A stretch of 64,000 bases of DNA from NCBI RefSeq assembly GCF_009914755.1, contig NC_060945.1. One strand, written 5' to 3'. Below, piece by piece: positions 26,742-38,502 of the stretch (positions are counted from its first letter, which is position 1; each line of letters begins with the position of its first letter). This stretch comes from the human T2T-CHM13v2.0 reference genome, Homo sapiens. The translations under genes were made by a program, and so were the position numbers. The notes under the pieces are model-generated. The model was not told where the DNA came from. It made no database searches and was given only the letters and a program-made list of their open reading frames with translations.

Positions 26742-29642
26742 TTGCTTTTACCTTCTTTGGTATTCTTGGGGGTTTTGTGATGGTATAAGGTGTGTTCAAT
26801 CAACTGACTTTGTTTCTGTTAGATTTCTGTGGAATCAAGGCTCGGCTCAGCACTCCTGGACTGTGTGCTCTAAATATGGGAGGCTGGTATTTGGGCTTCT
26901 GGCTATGTTCTCTGGCCTCTTGAGGTTAGGAACCTGTTGCATTGGAGGGGCCAAGCTCTTCCCAGACCTCTGGACAGAACATTCCAAAGAGTGGTGCCAG
27001 CCAAAGCACTTCATCAGGCAGTAACAGTGGGATCCATGCTCATGCATGTGCCAACAGCAGCAGCAGCATAGCAACATGCATGTTCCTCTGCTAGGGTGGG
27101 ATTCTGGCAAAAGGAAGTGATAGTGTTTGTAACAGAATACTGACAAATCAAATAGTAAAAGTTTAAATAAGAAAATAAGGAACTGATGACAATTTTATTT
27201 TAAAAAAATTGGATTAATTATATTACCACTAAAATTACTATCTAAATCTTCCTAAATATCTAAAGAAATTTATAAAATATTGATTAAAGAAAACACAATG
27301 TGTAGAGAAAGAAGCATGGCAAATATAACAATGCACATGATCATTACAACATAAAATAATTTCTCAGAGATGACACCAAACAAAATAGCAGGTCATTAAA
27401 TGTGAACAAGCTTAACTTACCTATTAAAATACAATGATTATTAATTGGACTCACCAAGAAAGAATCACTATGTTCAAGAGAAACATTGAAAACAAAGTGA
27501 TTAAGAAAGTCTAAGAATAAAAGTATATGCAAATTAAATACAAAATGAGATACCATAATATTTCTATTAGGATGGCTAAATTTTTTTAAACTAAGTGTAA
27601 TGATTGATTAAGAAAGTCTAAGAATAAAAGTATATGCAAATTAAATATAAAATGAGATACCATATTATTTCCATTAGAATGGATAAAAATTTTAAAACGA
27701 ACTGTACCGATAGCTAGCAAGTATGCAAAGCAACAGGAACTCTCATTTATTGCTAGCAAAAATGCAAAATGACCCAGCCACTTTGAAAGACAGTTTGGCA
27801 GTTTCTTAAAAAGCTAAACATATTCTTACCCTATAATCCAGCAGTTGCACTCCTTAATATTTACCCAACTGATTTGAAAACTGCCTACTCAAAAACCTGC
27901 ATGTGAATATTTATAGCAGTTTTATTTATACTTACAACACCTAGAAACAATGTTATTCAATAGTTGAGTAGATAATAAACTGTAGTATACCCATATTATG
28001 TATTCAATAATAAAATATTTGAGCTATCAAAATGGAAAGACATCATTAAATCTTAAATGCATATTACTAAGTGAAAGAAGTCATCTGGAAAGGCAACCTA
28101 CTGTATGTAATTCTAATTATGTGACATTCTGGAAAAGGCAAATTACTGTAGTTGATGAAGTTAACACACATAAGATACATAATATACATATATATGAAAG
28201 TGTGGGTTGACAATTCTGATAATTCTTTGAAAAGAAGCAAAGAAAAACCATAAGAAATACTTGAGCCAAAAAAGCCCACATGCCTCAGTGGTTTCAAAGA
28301 TTATTCTGCAAAAACTTCAGACATAATCCTTATGTGACATACATTGTTACAGAGCATTGAAAATGAATGACACCTCTATTACTTTCTATGAAATTAGAAT
28401 ACCATTTATCTAAACTAGCTAAGGATAGCACACACATAAAAAGAAACTTACAGGTCAGTATTACTTAAAAATATGTATGCGAAAATACTAAATAAGACAT
28501 TAGCAAATAGAATCAAATGCAATGATAAAAAAATACATGAGGAAATGGGACTTATTTTAAAAAGACAAGTATCAATATTAGGGTGTTAATTAATGTAATG
28601 CATCATATTAACAGATTAAAGAAAAAGTCATGTTACCATTTCTATAAATGCTGAATAATTTTTCACAAATTTGAAAACTCATTCTGGATAGAAACTCTTA
28701 AGAATATAGAAATTGATACATAATTTCTTAACATAATAAAATTGCCTTAAAACCAGCATCTTAGTTAACTGTGAACCTCTAGAGACATTTCCACAAAAAT
28801 CAGGAGAAAGGGAAGGGTATTTATTATATTCACTAGTATTAAACTTTGTTCTATAGATATTAGCTAATGCAGTTGGGCAAGAAATATCAGATAAATGAGA
28901 ATTGGAAAAGAATAAAAAGAAGTAAAATTACCTCTGTTTGCAGCCAACATGACAGCATACCTGGAAAATCTCTTGAGAATCAATGGTAAGCCAAACTCAA
29001 AAATTAGAATAATTCATTAAGCCACATGACATGAAATTACCATAGAAAAAAGCAACCATTTTTATCTACACAAAGAAGTCAAAGATGTCAGGATACATAA
29101 ACCACTGTTTACAAAAGTAACAAGTAATATCAAATACTTCAGAATATACTTTACAAAAAATATGAAAAATCTCTATTAGATGTCTTAACTCCTGAAAGAC
29201 TTAAAAGTAGGCTTGAATAAATTGAAGAAAATATTCTGTCTTCATGAAACGTATGATGCAATATCTTAAGAATGTACGTTTTCCCCAAGTTAATTTATAA
29301 ATTCAATTCAATGTCAATAAAATCACTTCTCTTTCTTATTTTTTAATGATATAGATAAATTGATACCAAAGTTCATGTGGAAGAATACATACACAAGAAC
29401 AGCCAAGAAAATGTTAATTTTAAAAGGCTCCAAAGAAACTCTAGTCCTACTAGATATTAAACTATAATATAGGCCTCTATAATTAAAGTAATGTGGTAGA
29501 GATGCATGAACAAAAAGACAAGGAATAAAAGAAAATTGAGATATAGAGCCAAATAATATGAAAATATAATGTATACAAATTAGGCACCTCAAATCATTTG
29601 GGTAAAAATGGACTTCTTAAAAAGTAATGTCTGGGTAATTAG

Positions 29643-29946
<304 letters not shown>

Positions 29947-30655
29947 TACACAGCCACTTTTAAAACATTAAAAAGACAAAGTAGATCCTACCTCCCCATG
30001 ACCAATATGTAACCATCTCCAATTCCATCAGAGTTCAAAATGTAAAAATAGAAACCACACAGTACTAAGAGAGAACACAGGTGAATTCCTGTACAAACTG
30101 AGTTTACAGTAAAAGGCTTTCTGAAACTGACTAAAAAACCAGAGGCAATAAATACAATACTTGATAAATTTGAGTTTAAATTGGAATTGTCTATTGAAAT
30201 TTGTACGTAAATGTATGTGTATTGTGTCTGTGTACATGGTGTCCATTCCTATAACTATACCTATATATATTGATTGGCAAAAACACCATAAGGAAAGCGA
30301 AAAATAAAAAATGACAAGCAGACAAGAATAAATACATGCAACATATGTCACAGGTAAATGGGATCATATTATTGATATATAATAAGCATTGAGTATTGAA
30401 GTAAAAATGGGAAAAATATGAACAGATAATTCAACCAGAAGATATAACATGACCATTAGGCATAACAAATGATGTTCAACCTCACTTGTAATATGAGAAA
30501 TACAAATTAAAACTAATTTATGAACCATTTCTCACCTGTCAGATTGGGAAAAAAATAGAAATATGACAATGCATTTTATCGGCAAGGCTATTGAGAAATA
30601 GTCATTCGTATACATTGCGGATGGGAATGCGAATTGGTAAAGTCCAGCTGGAGCG

Positions 30656-31103
30656 GGTGATAGGGAGAATAATGGCCCCGTTGAATGTCCAGATGTCAGA
30701 CCTCATCATTTCCAAGTTTGTGAGCTTACATAGCCAAAGAGACTTTGAGGATGTGATTATGGTTATGAAACTTCAGATGGGGAAATTTTTCTAGTTCTCC
30801 AGGCAGGCCTGGTCTTATCACAGACAGAGTCTTTCAAAGCAGGGGAACTTTCTCTGATGTGGAGAACCGTAAAGATGGCAGCATGAGAAGGACTTCATAT
30901 ACCATTGCTGCTTTGAAGGGTGCCGTGGGCCACAAAATGTGGGCAGTCTCAAAGCAGGAAAAGGCATGGGAATAGAAAGAGATGCAGCCATACCAACTCT
31001 GTGCTGGGCATCTGACCTACACAACTGTGAGATAATAAATATGCGCTATTTAAGCTACCAGGGGTATGGTAATATATTACAGCCAGAGTAGAACACTAAT
31101 ACA
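30656..31103 (+). mobile_element. MLT1D-like MaLR LTR
   Basis: AGAATAATGGCCCC start, CTAATACA end. Confidence 0.75.
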
Positions 31104-31639
31104 TAAGAGAAGCTGGAAATCACTACTAACACATAAACTTGCAAATCAACAATGCTTCTTTGGGAATTTACTCTGAAGTTACACCTTTAGCAATACACAT
31201 ATATGAATGTACAAGTTGAGTCATTACACCATCACTTGTAATTGCAAATAGTGAAGAAATGTAGGTGCCCATGCATAAGAGAATGGGTAAATTCACTCCA
31301 GTGTATAGAAAAAATAGAGAATTATCCAACTTTAAACATTTAAAAATGTAAATAGAGAACATGTCTCGAAACTAATATGGGATGATTTCCAGGGCACATT
31401 GTTAAGTGATAAAAGAGCAAAGTACAATAAAATATCTATAGTATGCTACCTTTTGTGTAAGAAACATAAAGAGGAAAACATGCATTTATCAAATAATTTG
31501 TATGGAGAAAAAAGGAAGGGTAAACCACAAGCCAATCTGATTTGTCACCTGCAGAGGAAGATTAAGGCAAAAACTGAAAGGACAGGAGGATGGCAATGGG
31601 GTAGAAGGAATAAATTCTAAGCTCTATTATGATAGATTT

Positions 31640-32021
31640 TTATTTTTGCTTTTCTTGAAATATATTTATATAATCATATAATGGATACTCTTTTCTGTAT
31701 TGCTTATTTAGTTTCTGTATTGCTTATTTAGTTCAATATTAAGTCTATGAGTTTCTCCCACATCGTTGAGGACAGCAGTACTTTGTTACTTACCATTGCT
31801 ATGTAGGAATATACCACCAAAATATTATTCATTTTGCAATATCCATTGTGGAAATTTAGCTTCTTTTCAGATTGAGGCTATTGAATAAAACTACAATGAA
31901 TATTCTAACATTTTTTTTTGGTGGGCATATGCACTCATTTCTGTTGGATACATTCCCAGGAATGGAATTGCTGTGTCATAGAAAATATATATGCTAAGCT
32001 TTAATAGACATGGCTAGTTTA

Positions 32022-32054
<33 letters not shown>

Positions 32055-32850
32055 TTTGAGACCAAGTCTTGCTCTGTCGCCCAGGCTGGAATTCAGTGGC
32101 ACAATCTCAGCTCTCTGCAACCTCCGCCTCCCAGGTTCTAAGCGATTCTCCTGCCTCAGCCTCCTGAGTAGCTGGGACTGTAGGTGTGTGTCGTTACACC
32201 TGGCTAATTTTGTATTTTTAGTAGAAATGGGGTTTCACCATGTTGGCCAGGCTGGTGTCGAATTCCTGACCTCAGGTGATCCGCCTGCCTTGGCCTCCCA
32301 AAGTGCTGGTATCACAGGCGTGAGCCACTGCACCAGGGGCATGGCCAGTTTTCTAAAGGGCTTATACTAATTCATTTTCTCAGTGGTAATGTGCAAAAGT
32401 TCCTGATATTCTATATCCCGGCCTACATAAACAAAATGTTGTAAGTCCTTTTAATAATGACTTTCTGGTGAGTGCATATTACTATTTCTCACTCAAAATT
32501 TAATGTTCATGTCTCTGATGACAAATGGTACTGAACTCCTTCATACATGCTAATTAGACATTTGGATATCTTTTACGAATTGGCTAATTAAGCCTTTTGC
32601 AAATTCTAAAAATTGTTTTGTTAGATTTTTTCTTATTAAATTTATAGCATATCTAAATAAGTAATGTGTGCCAGGTCCACATAACTGTGTGCTAATTGTC
32701 TTTTTTCTGTCTGTGGTCTTTTCCATTTTTTAATTGTGCCTTTTGGTAAATAGGAATTTAGAAGTTCTTAATATTTTCTTCATCAGGACTGTATTGGTTA
32801 TTGCAGGTTCTTAATATTTCTGTATAAATTTTAGATCAACTTGTTAAGTT
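31640..32850 (-). mobile_element. L1ME-type 3' fragment
   Basis: CATTTCTGTTGGATACATTCCCAGGAATGGAATTGCTG motif; interrupted by an Alu. Confidence 0.65.
32023..32337 (-). mobile_element. AluSx
   Basis: Full Alu; TSD CATGGC(T/C)AGTTT. Confidence 0.95.
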
Positions 32851-33932
32851 TATATGGTTTGGCTCTAGGTCCCCACACAAATCTTATCTTGAATTGTAAT
32901 CCCTGTGTGTCAGGGTAGGGAACTGGTGGGAGGTGATTGGCTCATGGTTGCGGATTTCCCCCATGCTGCTTTCATGATAATGAGTGAGCTCATTAAAATT
33001 GTGGCACTTTCATCCTCGCTCTCCCTCTCCTGCCGCCATGTAAGACATGCCTTGCTTCCCCTTTGCCTTCCGCCATGGTTATAAGTTTCCTGAGGCCTCC
33101 ACAGCCATGTGGAACTGTAAGTCAATTAAATCTCTTTTCTTTTTAAATTACCCAGTCTCATTATTTTGGATCTTTAAGATTTAATGACTGCCCTGTTGGG
33201 TTTTAAACTTACATGGTGCCTGTAGCCCTTTTCTTTTGGATGATTTCTCCCTTTTTGGAATGGGAGTATTTACCCATTGCCTATACCCTCATTGTTTCTT
33301 GGAAGTAACTAATTTGTTTTTGAGTTTACAGGCTCATAGGTGGAAGAGACTAGCCTTGTCTCAAATGAGATTTTGGACTGAGAACTTTTGAGTTAATGCT
33401 GGAATGAGTTAAGATTTTGGGGGATGTTGAGAAGAAATCATTGTATTTTGCAATGTGAGAAGGGCATGAGATTTGGGAGGGGCAGGGGGCAGAATGATAT
33501 TCTTTGGATTAGTGTCCCCATCCAAATCTCATGTCGAATTGTAATCCCCAGTGCTGGAGGTGGGGCCTGGTGGGAGATGATTAGCTCATGGGGGCAGTTT
33601 CTTATGGTTTAACACTGTCCGCCTTGGTGCTGTCATGACAGTGAGTGAGTTCCCATGAGATCTGGTTGTTTAAAAGTGTATAGCACCTCCACTTTCTCTC
33701 TCTTCTTCCTGCTCCACCATGATTTCTTGTTTGCCCTTCACCTTCCACCTGCTTCCCCTTCCTCTTCCACCATTATTGTAAGTTTCCTGAGGCCTTCCCT
33801 GGAGACCAGTAGATGGCCTGCATCATTCTTCCTGTACAGCCAGAGGAATCATGAGCCAATTAAACTTCTTTTCTTTATAAATTACCCAGTCTCAGGTATT
33901 TCTTTATAGAAATGGAAGAATGAACTAATACA
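32851..33932 (+). mobile_element. MST/THE1-type MaLR: LTR, short internal 3' piece, LTR
   Basis: LTR at 32851-33160, internal sequence at 33165-33494 ending GGGGCAGAA, second LTR at 33495-33932 ending CTAATACA. Confidence 0.88.
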
Positions 33933-34509
33933 GCTAACCTTAAAAAAAAAGTACAGAAGAGTCTTAGTGTTTTATCTTATCTTATTCTCTGAAAGAGAAA
34001 CTGTTCAGAATTAACTGGTGAAATCATCTAGTCTTAAATTTGCATATTTGTCAAAATGGATTCATGAATTCCACTTCTATATGACATATAGAAATATTCA
34101 GGTTCGTATTTCTTCTTGGGTCCACTTTTTATACATTTAATTTAATCAGATAATATGTATTTGAAGATGGAATAAATTGGCCCGAGCTTTGTTTTATAGC
34201 TTTTTTTCTATGCAATTTTTTAAACATACACAAAAGAAGAAAGAATAACTATTACACCAGCCACCATATTCCCATCTCCTAGATAAAGCTATTGTTAATA
34301 CTTTGATATAATTCCTTCACACTGTTGTTCTCCGATGTTATAATCTATGTGCAAGCTTTTCTTATTATATTGCTCTGAAATTATCAAGATATTCTCCAAG
34401 AAATAGTGAATTAAAAGATTAAGCAGAAGTTTATCACCACAGAAGCATCTTTAACCTTTTGGTGTAGAATTCCTGTTTGCCTGGACAAGAAAATATAGAT
34501 ATTGAGAAT

Positions 34510-34645
34510 GTTAAAGATGAGGAGGAGGAAGAAGACAAAGGAGAAGGGGATAAAGAAAAGAAGATAAAGGAGAGGAAAGGGATGGAAAGGGAGGAAGAAG
34601 GTTTAAGGGACAGGAAGAATGACGAGGAGGAGGAGGGTGAAGAAA
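34510..34645 (+). repeat. GA-rich low-complexity tract
   Basis: Near-pure purine run of GAG/GAA/AAG. Confidence 0.85.
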
Positions 34646-34733
34646 TAATCGTGACATATAACATATTGGTAATTTTTTTATCTATAAGAAGAAAATATCA
34701 CCATGGTTGATTATATTAATGCATCACAGCACA

Positions 34734-34739
34734 TTTATT
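34734..34739 (-). terminator. Candidate distal polyadenylation signal of KRTAP19-7
   Basis: AATAAA about 310 nt after the stop. Confidence 0.5.
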
Positions 34740-35047
34740 GTGATAAAAATTTGAGGCTCAAAACACATTTACCACATGAGAAAAAGTTCATGGTTAGATA
34801 TCAGATATTGAAAGACAATCTTTCTTAGAGTATAATGGCTCTCCAGCCAATAAAAAAGTGAATATCTGGAGAACATCACTAATCAAATGCCAATATCTAG
34901 TTGATCAAGTTTTCTTCACACTATTGTCAAAAGGCAGGTGATCCAAGCAGCTGTTTTGTTATGGAATATGGAATTCCATATGGTTATGGAATAAAGTTTC
35001 TTGGAAGAATTGGGAATCTCACAGAAGACTATATTTCAAGTATTTAT

Positions 35048-35239
35048 TCAATAGAATCCAGAAGACCAGTATCCCCCATAGCATGATGGGTGGCAGCAGC
35101 TGTATCTGTAGCCTCCATAGCCACAGCCATAGCCCAGTCTGCGGAAGCTGCCACATCCACAGCTATAGCCATAGCCCAGGCCACCGAATCCTCCACAGCC
35201 GTAGCCTAGGCCTCCATAGTAGCTGCCGGAGTAGCTCAT
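35048..35239 (-). CDS. KRTAP19-7: Keratin-associated protein 19-7 (63 aa)
   Basis: [63 protein letters not shown]. Start context GACAACATG. The ORF-track start at 35299 abuts the TATA box and is not the real start. Confidence 0.95.
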   Translation of the reverse strand: MSYSGSYYGGLGYGCGGFGGLGYGYSCGCGSFRRLGYGCGYGGYRYSCCHPSCYGGYWSSGFY

Positions 35240-35298
35240 GTTGTCAGAAGTGGTTAGCTGTTGTAGGTCAGTTTGGTGACTGTGACTGGACAGGAACA

Positions 35299-35308
35299 TT
35301 TATATATA
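35299..35308 (-). promoter_or_regulatory. KRTAP19-7 TATA box
   Basis: TATATATAAA 60 nt upstream of the ATG. Confidence 0.7.
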
Positions 35309-36009
35309 CTCTGATGCATGTGGAAAGCCACACCTTTAAATGTCATCCCTTAGAACGTGTTACCTGAAAACTATGCCAACTATCTTGTTTTGTAACACCC
35401 ATCCCACTCTCTTCCTTGTTTATGAAGCTAGTTATTTAGAAATTATACAACATGTTTTATTTTCTGCTTTATTTGGATTTCTAGATAAGTGTTTTGCCTC
35501 TAATAAAATGTAGTTGCATTTATATTCACTGTACATGTATGAGTTTCTGAGTTTCAAATGCCATAAACAAATCTCTATAGCTTCAAGTATTCTTCAAATT
35601 GCATCTCATGCAATTACATTTATCCTCTGATTGCACTCTTTCCTTTGACAGTCCATGGCTGCTGAGCCTTTTCTAAGCCAAGGATGTTATCTTTATTCTG
35701 CCAAGAATTCACAAAAATTGAAACATTATTGTTCTCTGAAATGGCAATCAACTATGATGTATGTCTTTATACAATGTGCTTTTAAAGTCAGCTGGGAACC
35801 ACATTTTATAGTGGAATGATGATATTTAATTTTTAAAAGAGTCACAAATTAATGTCAAAGGAATTTCTCAAATATTATGCTTCATGTAGAGCCAGCCTGC
35901 TTAGTAGATACCATTAAAGTGTGCATAAAGTCCCTGCCAATCCCTTATGAATAGTTTCCTCTCCCCAAATTTAATCTTAGTCTAGATTCTAAATTTCGTA
36001 CTATCATAG

Positions 36010-36165
36010 GATCATATAATTATAGAATTAAAGAGACTTGAGTCATCATTTATTTCAGTGTTCTTGTTACTGATGAGAAAAATGGATTCAGAGAGACAAG
36101 CAGAGTTACGCAACAGTGAAACTTAGTGGCAGATTAGGACTAAAACCTAAGTACTTTGATTATTG
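36010..36165 (-). mobile_element. MIR
   Basis: CTGATGAGAAAAATGGATTCAGAGAG...TTAGTGGCAGATTAGGACTAAAACC. Confidence 0.55.
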
Positions 36166-36323
36166 GCCTTAGTTCAGCAGATGCATTTGAAATCAAAGAT
36201 TGCAGGTTAGGGTATATCTTCTCCCACAATGCCCAGCTGCCTTATATTTTTGTTTCATATCATCAATATAAATAAAAGCAAATGACATGAAACCAGTAAG
36301 CATATATGCTCAGCTACTCCTGC

Positions 36324-36394
<71 letters not shown>

Positions 36395-36780
36395 ATGTAT
36401 ATATACACTTTAAGTACTGAGGTAAATGTGCAAAACGCGCAGGTTTGTTACATAGGTATACATGTGCCATGGTGGTTTGCTGCACCCATCGACCCATCGT
36501 CTATGTTAGGTATTTCTCCTAATGCTGTCCCTCCCCTAGTCCCCCACCCCCTGACAGGCCCTGGTGTGTGATGTTCCCCTCCCTGTGTCCATGTGTTCTC
36601 ATTGATTAACTCCCACTTATGAGTGAGAACATGTGGTGTTTGCTTTTCTGTTCTTGTGTTAGTTTGCTGAGAATGGTGGTTTCCAGCTTCATCCATGTCC
36701 CTGCAAAGGACATGAACTCATCCTTTTTTATGGCTGCAGAGTATTCCATGGTATATATGTGCCACATTTTCTTTATCCAG
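36324..36780 (-). mobile_element. 5'-truncated L1PA 3' end with (TA)n-converted tail
   Basis: CATGTGCCATGGTGGTTTGCTGCACCCATC; (TA)n at 36324-36405. Confidence 0.92.
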
Positions 36781-38143
36781 GAACCTCAAAGAATACAGGT
36801 TATTTTTGAACTTCATTTATACTGATTAAACTTATTTCCTTTACCAGTTTATTAAAAGTGCTACATAACTAGGTACTTAACATATTTCCATCCTGAGGGA
36901 ACTTTGCAAACTACAAGTTGAAGGGAATTATTAATGGTAAAGAATTGCTGTATTTGAATTTGCTTCAGTTAAGAAAATGTAGGTTCAATATAATTTTAGG
37001 TAATTTTTTAAAAAGACTATTATCTTTAGCACTTGTCACAATCCAGATAAAACCAGATATATTTGCTTGGTAGGGAAAATATTATTATCAGGAATAGAAG
37101 ATCCCAGAACCTCCAATCTAGGAATTATTTTCTAGGGTCCTCTGCTTTATTTGATTCCTAAAAGTGAAGCTAACACGTATGTGAACTTTGCCTGTCCACG
37201 AAGCATCAAGTCATCTGCCTCTTCTCATTCTCAGCTCACACGACCTCCCACTTGGCACTGATAGGACTAGACTGACCCCAGTCACCCTATGACTCACGCT
37301 GGTTTCTGTAGAGAAGAAACACTTTACCGTCTTTTATCTTTCTGAGATACTAGTGCATTCACATTTTAAGATTTTACCAAATATCAATATTAGGAACTTC
37401 TCTTATTCTTAAAACAATTCTTTATTTTTTTCTTTAATGAGCATGTATTTTACAAAATATATTCACATAAAAGTCAACATTATTATTCTGTGGTTGTGAA
37501 ACTACTGTGGAACAATCAAACCATCAAACGGAAACTTCATGAGGTAAGGAAAAAGACCCAATTCCCTCGTCATGTCTTTTAACTCAATAGACTGTGGACA
37601 TCAGACACTTTAATGAGGTCATGATACGTAGACTTTTCTTTCCTCATTATTGTACCCCCAATAATTGCAAAATGAGTGAAATAACCATCTAAAACCATCT
37701 AAAAGCTAGCACAGAGTATTTTCACTGGCAATCCAGAAAAAAACACATTTTTATGGATGATTCTTCCTGGAGAGTACACATGTAAATGATACATTAATTG
37801 GCAAAAAGCCAAATAAGATGATAGATTTTTTGTCTACACAATTTGTACTTTTATTTTAAAAGTAAACAAAGATAACAGATAATACTTACTGAGAGATTCA
37901 TATGGGCCAGGCAGCCCATATGAACACATATGACACCTTCCATATGTGTTATATTTAGTATAACGTATATTCAAGAGGTGTGTAGTAAAATTGTCTATCA
38001 AGGTGTTTGTTTAGTATACTAATATCTAAAATATACCTCTCCTTATGTTAATTAATTGCTCCTTGTATTCTCTTGACCAGTTTCCTAAATAGTTGCTAGT
38101 AATATTAAAGGTTCAAAAAAAGACACTGAAAAGTATTTATCTT

Positions 38144-38502
<359 letters not shown>

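Noticed and set aside
31692-31731. Short tandem duplications (20 bp here; 35-bp period at about 46673-46731)
   Set aside because: Ordinary slippage duplications inside old repeats.
34477-34710. Glu/Lys-rich 77-aa ORF
   Set aside because: GA-rich low-complexity tract with a non-ATG start.
35240-35299. 20-aa N-terminal extension of KRTAP19-7
   Set aside because: That ATG abuts the TATA box and lies upstream of the expected transcription start.
35419-35567. HOX13-like TTTATGA/CCATAAA motifs upstream of KRTAP19-7, and TGACTCA near 37290
   Set aside because: Plausible for hair genes, but too short to distinguish from chance in AT-rich DNA.
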